Shown one piece after another: positions 49,901-62,600 of a DNA stretch of 64,000 nt. Every line of letters begins with the position of its first letter. Positions within the stretch are counted from its first letter, which is position 1. A model generated the notes under the pieces. That model was not told the origin of the DNA. It ran no database searches and worked only from the letters and a program-made list of their open reading frames with translations. The position numbers and the translations under genes were made by a program. This DNA is from the human T2T-CHM13v2.0 reference genome, Homo sapiens. Where the stretch lies: the NCBI RefSeq assembly GCF_009914755.1, contig NC_060948.1. One strand, written 5' to 3'.

Positions 49901-50523
49901 TACCAGTTAGGACATAGGCATGGGCAAAGATTTTATGATGAAGAAGTCAAAAACAATGTCAACAAAAGCAAAAATGGACAAATTGGATCTAATTAAACTA
50001 AAGAGCCTATGCACAACATTAAAAAAACTATCAACAAAGTAAACAGACAACCTACAGAATGGGAGAAATTTTTGCAAACTATGCATCCAACAAAGGTCTG
50101 ATATCCAGCATCTATAAGGAACTTAATGAATTTACAAGAAAAATACAAACAACCCTACAAAAAAGTGGGCAAAAAAACACGAACAGCACTTTTCAAAACA
50201 AGGCATATATGTTGACACCAATAATTTTTTAAAAGCTCAACATCACTGATTATTAGAGAAATGCAAATCCAAACCACAGTGAGATACCATCTAACACCAA
50301 TCACAAAGAATATTATTCAAAAGTTAAAAAGTAACAGATGTGAAGGTTGTGAAGAAAAAGGAACACTTACACACTGTAGGTGGGAGTGTAAATTAGTTCA
50401 GCCATTGTGGAAGACAGTGTGGTCATTCCTCAAAGGCCTAAAGACAGGAATCCAAAATCCTTGGATTTTGACCCCAAAATCCCATTACTGGGTATATACC
50501 CAAAGGAATATAAATCTTTTTAT

Positions 50524-50577
50524 TATAAAGAAACATGTATGCATATGTTTTATAAAGAAACATGTATGCATATGTTT
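50524..50577. repeat. Perfect 27-bp tandem duplication
   Basis: tataaagaaacatgtatgcatatgttt x2. Confidence 0.95.
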
Positions 50578-51279
50578 TTTGCAGCACTATTCACAAGAGC
50601 AAAGACATGAAATCATCCTTACATAACCATAAATGATAGACTAGATAAAGAAAATATGGTACTTATACATCATAGAATACTCTGCAGCCATAAAAAGAAT
50701 GAGATCTTGTCCTTTGCTGGGACACAGATGGAGTTGGAGGACATTATCCTTAGCAAACTAACACAGAAACAGAAAACCAAATACAGTATGTTCTTGCTAA
50801 TAAGTGGGAGATAAATGATAAGAACACATGGACTCATAGAGGGAAACAGCACACACACTATTGTCTTCCAGAGGGTGGGAGAAGGGAGAGGATCAGGAAA
50901 AATAACTAATGGGCACTAGACTGAATACCTGGTTGATGAAATAAACTGTACAACAAACCTTATGACACAAGCTTTTGTATGTAAAAAAAAAAAACCCTGA
51001 GTTTGTAACACTAAACCTAAAATAAAAGCTAAAAATCAAAGGAAAACAGCACAGTAATGTAAAAAAAGAACAAATGGCACATGACCATCTCAATTGTTAC
51101 AGACAAAGAAATTTTGAAAATTTAATACCTTCTCATGATAAAAACACTTAAAAATAGTAATAAAAGGAAACTACCTCAATATAATAAAGACCGTATGTGA
51201 AAAGCCCACAGTTAAAATCACACATAATGGTGAAAACCTGAATTCCTTCTAAGAGTAAGAAAAAGAGAAGAATGTCTGC

Positions 51280-51679
51280 TGTCTTAGTTTATTCTGTGCT
51301 GCCATAACAGAAGACACGAGAATGGGTAATTTATAAATAATAGAAATTTATTTTCTCACAGTTCAGAATGCTAGGAAGTCCAAAAAAGGAATGCCAACAT
51401 CTGGTAAGAGCCTTCTTGCTGTGTCATCATATGGTGGAAGACATCACATGGCAGAACGAAAAAGAGAGAGACAGCCAGCGGGGATCAAACTTGGCCTTTT
51501 ATAAGAAACTTACTTCCTTGATAATAAAGCCTCCTCCACAATAACAGAATTGACGCCTTCATGAGAGTGGTGCTCCCATGATTCAAACACCTCCAATTAT
51601 GCCTCACCTCCCAACATCATCAAATTGGGGATCAAGTTTCCAACACATGAACTTTGGGGGACACAGTCAAACCATATCA
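51280..51679 (-). mobile_element. MST (MSTB/C/D-type) solo LTR
   Basis: tgtcttagtttattctgtgctgccataacag...gggacacagtcaaaccatatca. Confidence 0.85.
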
Positions 51680-51871
51680 CCTGTTTTTGCACTTCTATTC
51701 AACATAGTACTGAAAGCCCTTACCAGGGCTTGCCAGAGCACTTAGGCAAGAAAAAAAAGGCATTCCTATGGGATAGAAAGAAGTAAAATTATCTTAAATA
51801 ACAGAAGATATGATATGATCTAATATGTGATCTAATATGTGATCTAATGTGTAGAAATCCCTAAATATTTA

Positions 51872-51897
51872 ACACACACACACACACACACACACAC
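51872..51897. repeat. (CA)n microsatellite, preceded by a 12-bp tandem tgatctaatatg at about 51816-51851
   Basis: Seen directly. Confidence 0.95.
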
Positions 51898-52857
51898 GTT
51901 AGAACAAATAAAAAGTCAAACAGTTTCAGAATACAAAGTCAACGCCCCCAAATCAGATGCATTTCTATGCACTAACAGCAAACAATCTGAAAAGGAAATT
52001 CTACTTACAATAATCTTTAAAAAGTATTAGAAATATGTTTAACCAGTGAGGTGAAATATTTGAGCACTGAAAACCATTAAATATTGCTGAAAGAAACGAA
52101 TAAGACAGTAGTACATGGAAAGTTATCCAGTATTCGTGAATTGCTATACCTAGTATTATTAAGATGCTTATACTGCCCAAAGCGATCTACAGATTTAACG
52201 CAATTGCTATCAACATTCCAAAATTTTTTTGCATAAGTAGAAAAGTTTATACTCAAATTCATATGGAATCACAAGGGACACAAAAAGGCAGAAAAAAAAA
52301 TCTATCTGATAGAGGAAACCAACGTCGTAGTACTCACACTTTCTTATGTCAAATTTTACTAAAAGGTTACGGAAATCAAAATACCTTGATACTGGGATGA
52401 AGAGTGACAAATTGTTGAATTGAATAAAATAGGGGCCCCCAAATGTGGTCTCACATGTGGTCAAATAATTTTCATCAAGGGTGCCAGTGCCATTCCTTGG
52501 TGAAATAGTATTTAACAAATTATATTGGGAAAGCTGAATATCCACATGCAAAACAATGAAGTTGGACCCTTATCTTACAGCCTACACAAAAATTAACTCA
52601 AATGAATAAAAGACCTAAATATGAGAACTATAACTATAAAACTTGTAGAAAGAGAAATAGGGGAAAATTTCCTTACCTTGCATTAGGCAATGTTTTCTTG
52701 TCTATGACACCAAGAGCACAGGCGGCAAAATAAAAAAACAGATAGATTGGACTGTATCAAAACTAAAATCTGTGCCTCAAAAGACAGAATCAGCAAAGTA
52801 AAAATGTGACCTGCACAATGGGAAAAGTATTTGCAAGTCGTATATCTGATAAGGCGT

Positions 52858-53224
52858 TACATTAGGCTGCACATGCTCTTATAAGAAAACACCATAGACT
52901 GGATACCTTAAACAACAGAAATTTATTTTTTCACACTTGGAGCTACAATTCCCAGATTAAGGATTGGAAAGATTATTTTATATTGAGGGCTCTCTTCCTG
53001 GCTTGCAGACAGCCAACTTTCTCTGTTTCTTCACATGATGGAAAGAGCAAGACAGCTGTCTTGTGTCTCATCGTACAGGAAAACTAATCCTGTCAGATCA
53101 GGGAACCACCCCATGACCTCATTTAACTTGTACATCCATATAGCCCTTATCTCCAAATATTGTCAAATTAGGAGTTATGACTTCAACATGTGGATTTGGC
53201 AGGGACACAATTAACTCCACAGCA
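52858..53224 (-). mobile_element. MLT1A0-type solo LTR
   Basis: accatagactggataccttaaacaacagaaatttattt...gagggctctcttcctggcttgcagac...gggacacaattaactccacagca. Confidence 0.85.
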
Positions 53225-55089
53225 GGGGATGATTCATATTCAGAACATATAAAGAACTCCTAAAACTCAATGACAAAAAAGACAACTTGATTAAAAAATG
53301 GGCCAAGGGTTTGAATACATATTTCTCCAAAACGGCTAAAAGCACCTGAAATAAATGCTCACCATCATGAATCGTTAGGGAAATGCAAATCAATATCACA
53401 ATGAGATGAACATTATACCCATTAGGATCATAATTATAAAAAGAAAAATACAAAGTTACAAGTGGTAGAAAGGATGTAAATATACAGCGACTCTTCTGCA
53501 ATGCTGGAGAAAGTGTAAGAGTGCAGTTACTGTGGAAATCGGCATGGTGGTTTCTCAAGAAATTAGAAATATAACTGTCATATCATATAACAGTTCCACT
53601 CGAGTACATACACAAAAGAATTGAAAGCAGGGACTTGAGATATCTGTACATGCATATTCATAGCACCATTACTCACAGTAGCCAAAAAGTGGAAGCAAAC
53701 TCAATGTTCACTGACAGATGAATGGATAGGAAAAAAAAAAAATGTTGTATATGCACACAATGGAAAAAAGGAAGAAAATTGTGATACATGATATAACATG
53801 AATAACTTGAGAAAATTATTCTAAGTTAAATAAATCAGTCACAAAAGTACAAATATTGTATGATTTAATTTATATAAGGTACCTAGAGTAGCCAAATACA
53901 TAAAGGCGGAAAATAGAGTGGTGATTTCCACAAACTGAGAAGGAGGAAAAGGATATTATAGGTTAATGGGTACAGACCTTCAATTTTGCAAAATGCAAAG
54001 AGTACTGCAGATGGATGGTGGTGATGTTTGCACAACAAGTTAAATGTATTTAATGTCATTAAAGTGTACAATTTTAAAAAGTTAAATTTAGTTATGATTA
54101 TCTTAGCTTAATTTTAAAAATGATAAATAAATGTTCAAAGATAAAAAACTTTACACAGTTAATGTTATTTCCTAGTAACATTGAATGAAATAGATCGGGG
54201 TAGAATTAGTTAAATATATATAGAGAACTCACATTACCAGATTGTTTTTACCCAAAGGAGCCATCTGTTCTCAGACTCAAAAATTGTGTTATTGTTAGTT
54301 TCTAAGTAATTTTCATACATATATGAATTAAATGCAGAACTTACAAAGACAGGAGCTTATAGTGAACAACTAAATCAATTAAAATGACAGAAGGTACATA
54401 TTAGGTAGTATTTTTACAAACCAGGGAAGCTATTGAAATAAGAAGATCCAGATGTTAGCAAAAATTGAAGCTTATTTTCTTCAGAAATCCTCAAATTATA
54501 TCTGATAAGTAATGCTTCACCCAAATTATGACTTAATTTATAAATGTTATTATTTATTGCTTCTGTATTCTAAAAGAAAGTACACAACTTTGAAGAAAAC
54601 CTGCTTTCCAGTGGCATTAGAATGACAGCTGTGTATGGTAAAGTTGCGGGAAATGCATATATTTACTTTCAATTTCACACACCAGACTCATTCTGGACAA
54701 CTTTATCTTAAAAACCATAAAGGAAAACTCTGAAAGTTAGCTAATTTACTTTTATACTAACACTTTAGATAGAGTGAGAAAATAATAAAAATCATGAAAG
54801 ACACAAGCACAGCCTATAAATTATTAAATTTATTCAGATTATTTGCATCTCTTTTTAAGTCATAACTTGGCAATCATTAAATGATGCTAAGTAGATTTGC
54901 TAAGTGTAATTTCAGTTTAAATAGTTCTAGAATAAAATATGGAAGTTTCAGCATAAAACAATTAGTGTTCTGCACTAAAATATAAAAGACTTACAATTAC
55001 ATGCTACTTAAGATCATGTCACATGAGAAGAAATTTGTCACTGCAATAGTAGTAACTATGATTGGATCAGAACTATACAGAAGCAACAG

Positions 55090-55300
55090 ATGTATTGTGG
55101 GGTGTGTAAGAAAATCAAAGGCTTTGTAGCCCGACAAATTTGGCAACAAACTCCATCTCCATAATTTGGGCTAATCTTTCTAAATACAAGTTTTTTCTTG
55201 GGTATAGTTTTATTTATATTGATTTAAGAATAAGATTATTATTATAAATTATCTAACACAGTGGCTGGAATATAGGAAGTTCTTAATACATTTTAATGAC
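55090..55300 (+). mobile_element. MIR relic
   Basis: ggctttgtagcccgacaaatttgg...ctaacacagtggctggaatataggaagttcttaata. Confidence 0.5.
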
Positions 55301-55529
55301 CATTGTCATTTTTCGTTTAGTCACCATCATTTTAATGAGGGTTTGGCAAAGCCCAAGAGGGCTGCAGAAAGGACATGTTGAAATCTGACTAATTCTAATT
55401 ATTTCTTGTGCTTTCCTAGTTTCTACTTCCTGTCCATTTTTGTATTTTAGACTTAGAATTTGTTCTGAGTGGATTGTCATAGCACAATCTCTCTCCTTCA
55501 CTATTTAATTTTCAAAATAGCTTTGTCAA

Positions 55530-56560
55530 TTTCATTCATTCTATGATACTCATAGATTATCAAATTTCTGCCTGGGACTGTACTAAATTTGGAAATATCG
55601 AGACATACAAGACTAGTATCCTGAGGCATTTCAATTTACTGAATAACATAGGCAAAACAATTAACTGTTTTAATACTATATCATAGTATACTCGATACTA
55701 GAGGGTCATAAAGAAAAAGCATAAATAAAATATATATTCCTCAATATTCTAGGGGAGGGTAAGTCAGAAAATGTTTCTGAGAGGAAATCTTGCTTGAGAT
55801 GAGTTATGAAGGTTTAGTAACATTTAAGGAGCAGATAATGTTATTTGAAGCAGAAGACAGCAAACTTGGTTTAAAATAACAAGGCAAAGGAAAGCATGGC
55901 TCCTTAGAAAAAGTAAAATTATTACTACATCTGGAAAAAAAAAGGATTGATAGGGATTAAGACCAGAAAGTTAGACAATGGTTAGAAGAGAAAGAGGCTT
56001 TCCTCACTAGTGTAGAGCTTAATCTTTTTTCTGAAGTCAATGGGAAGCCACTGAGGCATTTTAAGTGGGCAAGTGGCATAATCAGATTTCTAATTCAGAA
56101 AAAATATCTGTTGTGGTAGTTTGGGAGGTGAGTTGAAAGGGTGAAAATAAAATCGGAAAGAACAGGAAATCATTGCAGTAGCACAGCTGAGGCATCATGA
56201 AGGCCTTAACTAAGTGAGTGACAATGGAAGGAAAGACTAGAAGACATATTGAAAAGATATTTAGGGGTATACTTGTTTGCATGTAATTACTAATTTAATG
56301 TGATAAGTGAGATAGCAAGTGAACTTCCAAGTGACTTAAATGGGTTTCTACTTAAGTGAATCAGATCAAAAATGTAATTATTGACTCATAGAAAGGATGT
56401 ACTACAAAGAAGAAATACACTTGATTTATAAAGAGTTAATTTTGAAGTGATTTTTAGAAACATAGGTGATACTTTCTCATAGATAGTTGAATGTACAGAT
56501 AAGAACTTAATTGTCTGAACTGCAGATACAAGTTTAAAGTGATCAGAATATTATATTTTA
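55530..56560 (-). mobile_element. L2 (3' region)
   Basis: ttcattcattc start; aatgggaagccactgaggcattttaag...ataatcagatttc. Confidence 0.65.
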
Positions 56561-56699
56561 AATAATAGGTACGAATGAGATTCCCATAAAAACATATAGA
56601 ATAGTAAACATAGCATAATACTAATACGAAAATTGAATAAGAATAGCAAATAGACATACACATAAACCCACATCAGAAAAAATGAAGAAAAATGATCAA

Positions 56700-57000
56700 G
56701 AGGCTAACATCTCTTAAGAATGAAGATGCAAAGTTCTCAATGTTAGTCAATGGAATCCAACAGCGTATTAAAATAATACAATGTCATTACCAAACACGGA
56801 TTATTCTAAGAGAGAAAGGGTGCGTCACCATTAGAAAAACATATCAATGTAATTTACTATATTAAAATAATAAACAAGAAAATAATATAGTACTTACAGA
56901 AATCACAAAGCATTGGATTGATATGAAAACCCATTTATGAGTTGAAATAACAAAAACTCCTAGAAAGCCAGGAGTGAAAGGAACTACAATGGAGTCCTAT
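56700..57000 (+). mobile_element. Old L1 ORF2 fragment
   Basis: gatgcaaagttctcaatgttagtcaatggaatccaacagcgtattaaa matches the [15 protein letters not shown] region. Confidence 0.6.
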
Positions 57001-57009
57001 TACCTATAA

Positions 57010-57292
57010 ATGCATGAGTTACTTAGAACTTTCCAGAAAATGGGCAGTAACTTCCAGGTCATTGCCTTGGAAAGGAGTGGTGACTTCTCGGGCATTGCTA
57101 TTGCATTTGTAAACTCTGATGGCACTGGTGGGAGTATCTTATGCTAATGAGCAATGAGGGCAACTAGGGATCACTTTCATCACCATCTGTTTGTTCCTGC
57201 TGGTTTCTTCACCTCATCCTGTCTGGACCAGATCCTGTTCAACCCTAGCAGGGTTGTGACCAGGAACCAAGTCCTGCCTGTCTCCTACCTCA
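57010..57292 (-). mobile_element. Partial 3' LTR, MER66/MER51-like ERV1
   Basis: Minus strand begins TGAGGTAGGAGACAGGCAGGACTTGG, preceded by purine-rich gagtgagaaa; distal part missing. Confidence 0.7.
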
Positions 57293-57576
57293 TTTCTCAC
57301 TCAGAGATTAGATACTTCTCTTTAACCTTAAGGGGGCAGTAGAAGAGCAGGGGTCCATCTTCTGGAACTGCTTCTTGATGATTCTATAGGTATAGGCCCT
57401 GCCTAGCATTGGAGGAGTAAAAATCTCTGGTACCTAATCTGAGGGGTGCGATGGCAGGATATTTTCATTTTCCAGGTCAGATGATTGGTTGGGTTGGAAG
57501 CCTTGTGTCAGCATCACCTTTATGTGGAATGTAAACGATATAAACCTAGGAGGTTAAATAAGAAAACTACGATTAC

Positions 57577-57662
57577 GAGGAAGAGAAAAATTAATGTTCC
57601 TAGGCCCACCCACAGCATATGAGGAAGAGAAAAATTAATATTCCTAAGCCCACCCACAGCAT
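57577..57662. repeat. 44-bp tandem duplication
   Basis: gaggaagagaaaaattaat(g/a)ttccta(g/a)gcccacccacagcat x2. Confidence 0.92.
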
Positions 57663-57769
57663 CATGTTATTTATCTATGTGTTCATGAAATAATAACTTT
57701 AAGTCTTTTTGGAGTTTATAAGTGTAAGCCACGGTACCTTACTCTTATGCCTATGAGGACTTATAAGAA

Positions 57770-57990
57770 ACCAGTTTAATCTTGGACAGGTGTACCCAGC
57801 TAGTGATTCCATGAAATTTAATAGCAGAGAGGATACTTAACAATACCTGATAGTATGGCCCTCCCATTTTGCTTGTAATTGATTCTCAGGGAATTCTTCT
57901 TTTTAAGTTTTTAGTAAGACTAAATTTTTGAGGAGGAGACAATACTGTATTTCTATATTCTTGAAGGTCTTTGTGAACCTAGCCTACATT
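57770..57990 (-). pseudogene. Retroviral pol integrase C-terminal remnant
   Basis: VLLKT*KEEFPENQLQAKWEG / PYYQVLLSILSAIKFHGITSWVHLSKIK, matching the gammaretroviral WxGPY...WVH motif. Confidence 0.75.
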
Positions 57991-59639
57991 GTAAATGGGA
58001 CATAGTGAGGCATGTCTGACCCCCTTTTTCCTGTTATGGCCCCGGGTAGTTTTCTTAAGTTTCTTTGGGATTCCCTTTGCCCAAGGGAATTAGAGTGAAA
58101 ATATATATAGCCAATTTAACGTAACGTTCTAGGCCAGACAGGAATGGAAGTGGGCATGCACTCATTAGCCCATAAAATCTTTCTAAGTGATATAAGAATC
58201 AAAAACTAAAAGCCAAAAATAAGGTTATATGGCAGGTAAAACTGAGAGCATAGAATCAAACTATACTGTGGGAAAACACTGTTTCCACAGACATCTAAGA
58301 CAAAACACTAGCATCAGGCCAGAGCAACAGAACTGGAGGGGAAAAAAGTTACAGGAGCTGATGAAAAAGCTAAAGGATAGAGTCATCATGCTATGCCTTT
58401 GAAAAGGGAGAAAAAGCTAAAAAGAAGTGAGACACAATAACAGTTAAATTGCTGAGACAGAAATCTAAGACATTTTTAAAGAAACCAGTTGTAGCATTAA
58501 AAACAAAATTTCCCACAATTTATCAAAGAAAACCCAGTTCCCATAGGTAGATCATTCTCTAGAAAGTCTACTGCAAACCATTTTTCTTCAATCATAGTTA
58601 GCTTAATCATGAACAAAATTCTTCTCACAAATTCCCCTTCATAAATCCCATATCATGACCCCCACAGATGATCTACAACATACTTGGGCTCCCTATGTGT
58701 CTTATTCTACCTTTTTCTTAAATAACCAGTCTTGTTACTCTAGGACAAGAATTTACTGTACAAAATCCCTCTTTATTAAAAAGTCACTCTTTCTTTATAT
58801 CATTCCTTTGAAAAAAAATACATCTATCCATAACTTACTTCACACCTCTGTTTTCTACTCACTGATTTCTTTATATTTTGAAACTTCCTTTTAATAACTT
58901 CTTAATTTGATGAAAATACTCTTTTTCCAAATGAAAAAACACATCGTTTTTGGCACATATTATATAAAGCTAGGGAGCAAGAATCTGAACTGCGCATCAG
59001 GCGTTGTTCCATAGATTAAAACCATTTTACAATTATATGATTTAAACTGTAAAGAAGCTCACTATTTAAACTGATTTTAACAACTCTAAACCATACCAAA
59101 ACATCAGTGGTTTACCTAGGTAAAAATCTTAGAGTTAAATTTTAGAAGACACGATATTCTTTTCAAACTAACAAGTTTAGACTTCTTATTTGTTTAATTG
59201 ACCAGCACTCTTCTATTTCTAAGCCAATTTGATAGCATGCTAGATACAGCACACATCACACAAAGTAACCTATACTAGACAATTGGATCCAAGTTATTTA
59301 TAAAATCGGGACCCATCTACCTGGCCAAATTTTGTCTGCCCCAGTAGGTATGAAAGACAGGAAGAGGCAGGGAAGATGATTACATAATATCACATAAGGA
59401 AGGGAGAGGGTAAACTTCATTGCTTAAGGGGAGACCCTGGGTTTCCCAAGCAACCGAAGAGCTCACCCAGCAGTGAAGACACTAAAGAAAAATGTTAAAG
59501 CGGCCATTTGTATGCCACTTTGAGGAGCTGTTCATCAGGTCAAAGATCCAAGTCTCCTAGTAAACTTACTTGAGCAAGGCAGCTCGTTGGGGCTAGTGGA
59601 AGGAAGTTAGCTCTAGTATTGATGGGAAGCTTTTTGCGC

Positions 59640-62600
59640 TCACTGGGGTTGTTTAGGAAATTCTAATTTCCAGTGGCCCTTTTGCTTATAGTATGCACAC
59701 TGATTTTGGCCCAGGGGCTGGGATGTTGGGGGCTCTTCTCTGGGCATCCTAGATGCTGATCTCATGACATTTTCTTTCTCAAGATGGGTAATTCTGTGGT
59801 GGAAAGGGGCTAAAGAAACTATCAACAAATGCGCTTCTTGGCTGTCTCTCTTTTTCCTGCCTCTATGGTTGTAACTTTAAAGGCTACATTTAAGAGTTGT
59901 CTCACAAGGGGTTGAGGTCCAACTGCTGCTTTTTGTAGCTTTCTCCTAATGTCAGGGACAGATTGAGTAATAAAATGTATACATAGTAGAGCTTGCCATT
60001 CTTGAGAGTGTTGGTCTGAATTAGAATATTTTCTGAGTGCCTCAAAGAAATGACCCTGAAAAAGAGCAGGATTTTTGTCTTTTCCCTGAGTTATTTTTCT
60101 AACTTCATCATAATTGACTGGCTTAACCACACACATTTATTTTTTCGTTGTTGTTTTTATTTGTTTACTTTTTAATTTAATTTTAAGTTCTGGGATACAT
60201 GTACAGGATGTGCAAATTTGTCACATAGGTAAACATATGCCATGGTGGTTTGCTGCACTTATCAACCCATCACCTAGGTATTAAGCCCAGCACACATTAG
60301 TTACTTTTTCTGAGGTTCTCCCTCCCCTGTCCCTCCCAACAACAGGCCCCAGTGTGTGTTGTTCCCCTCCCTGTGTCCATATGTTCTCATTATACAGCTC
60401 CCACTTATAAGTGAGAATATTCAGTGTTTGGTTTTCTGTTCCTGCATTAGTTTGCTGACGATAATGGCTTCCAGCTGCATCCATGTCTATGCAAAGGACA
60501 TGATCTTGTTCCTTTTTGTGGCTACAGATTACTCCATGGTATATATGTACCACATTTACTTTATACAGTGTATAACTGTTGGGCATTTGGGTTGATTCCG
60601 TATCTTTGCTATTGTGATTAGTGCTGCAATGAACATATGTGTGCATGTATCTTTATAATGAAAAGATTTTTATTCCTTTGGGTATATACCCAGTAATGCA
60701 ATTGCTAGTTCTAGGTCTTTGAGGAATCGCCATACTGTCTTCCACAATGGTTGAACTAATGTATATTGCCACTATCAGTGTAAAAGCATTCCCATTGCTC
60801 TACAGCCTCACCAGCATTTGTTGTTTCTTGACTCTTAATAATTGCCATTCTGACTGGTGTGAGATGGTATCTCATTGTGATTTTGATGTGCATTTCTCTA
60901 ATGATCAATGATGTTTAGCTTTTTATCATATGTTTGTTGGCTACATGAATGTCTTCTTTTGGGAATTGTCTGTTCATGTCCTTTGCCTACTTTTTAAGGA
61001 GGTTGTTTGATTTTTCTTCTAAGTTTAAGTTCCTTGTAGAATCTGGATATTAGACTTTTGTCAGATAGATAGATTGTAAAAAATTTCTTCCATTCTGTAG
61101 GTTATCTGTTCACTCTGATGATAGTTTCTTTTGCTGTGCAAAAGCTCTTTAGCTCAGTTAGGTTCCATTTGTCAATTTTTACTTTTGTTGCTGTTTTGAC
61201 ATTTTGGTCATGAAATCTTTGCCTGTGCCAATGTCCTGAATAGTGTTGCCTGGATTTTCTTCCAGGGTTTTTATAGTTTTGGATTTTACACTTAAGTCTT
61301 TAATCCATCATGATTTATTTTTTGCATGAGGTGTAAGGAAGGGACCCAGTTTCCATTTTCTGCATATGGCTAGCCAGTTCTCCCAGCACATTTATTGAAT
61401 AGGGAATCCTTTCCCCATTGCTTGCTTTTGTCAGGTTTGTGGGAGATCAGGTGGTTGTAGATGTGTGGTCTTATTTCTGAGTTCCCTATTCTTTTCCATT
61501 GGTCTTTGTTTCCATTTTTGTTCCAGTGCCATGCTGTTTGGGTTACTATAGCCTTGTAGTATAGTTTGAAGTCAGGTAGCATGATGCTTCTAGTTTTGTT
61601 CTTTTTTGCTTAGTATTGTCTTGGCTATAAGGGCTCTTTTTGTCTCCATAAGAATTTTAAAGTAGTTTTTTTCTGATTCTGTGAAGAATGCCAGTGGTAG
61701 TTTTTTGGGAATAGCATTGAATCTATAAATTACCTTGGGCAGTATGGCCATATTCATGATATTAATTTTTCCTATACATAAGCATGGAATGTTTTTCCAT
61801 TTGTTTGTGTCCTCTCTGATTTCCTTAAGCAGTGGTTTTTAGTTCTCCTTGAAGAGATCCTTCACTTCCCTTATTAGCTGTATTCTAGGGTATTTTATTC
61901 TCTTTTTAGCAATTGTGAATTGGAGTTCATTCATGATTTGGCTCTCTGCTTGTCTGTTGTTGATGTAAAGGAATGGTTGTGATTTTTACACATTCCTTTT
62001 GTATCCTGAGACTTTGCTGAAGTTGTTTATCAGCTTAAGAAGTTTTTGGGTTGAGAGGATGGGGTTTTTTAGATATATGATCATGTCATCTCCAAATAGA
62101 GACAGTTTGACTTCCTCTCTATTTGAATACCCTTTTTTTCTTTCTGTTGCCTGACTGCCCTGTCCAGAACTTCCAATATTATGTTGAGTAAGAGTGGTGA
62201 GAGAGGGCATGCTTGTCTTTTGCTGGTTTTCAGCTTTTGCCCATTCAGTATGATATTGCCTGTGGGTTTGTCATAAATGGCTCTTATTATTTTGAGGTAT
62301 GTTTTATCCATACCTTGTTTATTGAGAGTTTTTAACATGAAAGGATGTTGAATTTTATCAAAGACTTTTTCTGCATCTATTGAGATAATCATGTGGTTTT
62401 TGTCTTTAGTTCTGTTTGTGTAATGAATTACATTTATTGATTTGCGTATATTCAACAACCTTTACATCCCAGGGATGAAGCCGATTTGATCGTGGTGAAT
62501 AAGCTTTCTGATACACTGCTGTATTTGGTTTGCCAGTATTTTATTGAAGATTTTTGCATTGATGTTCATCAGGGATATTGACCTGAAGTTTTCTTTTTTT

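Larger units (their letters stand above)
45376..51030 (+). mobile_element. Near full-length L1PA15/16-type LINE-1 (5'UTR, ORF1, ORF2 lacking endonuclease, 3'UTR), inactive
   Basis: 5' ccaagatggctgactagaagcagc (YY1-type start), ORF1 remnant about 46993-47975, RT region 48810-49199 ([15 protein letters not shown]...[10 protein letters not shown]), 3'UTR, TSD aaaaatcaa (45364-45372, 51031-51039). Confidence 0.92.

Noticed and set aside
47015-50626. L1 ORF1/ORF2 peptides as functional genes
   Set aside because: Many stops and frameshifts and no endonuclease domain; the element is dead.
59822-60136. 104-aa gag ORF as a domesticated capsid gene
   Set aside because: Starts at the L1 insertion junction, covers only part of capsid, and flanking gag is frameshifted; no evidence of selection visible.
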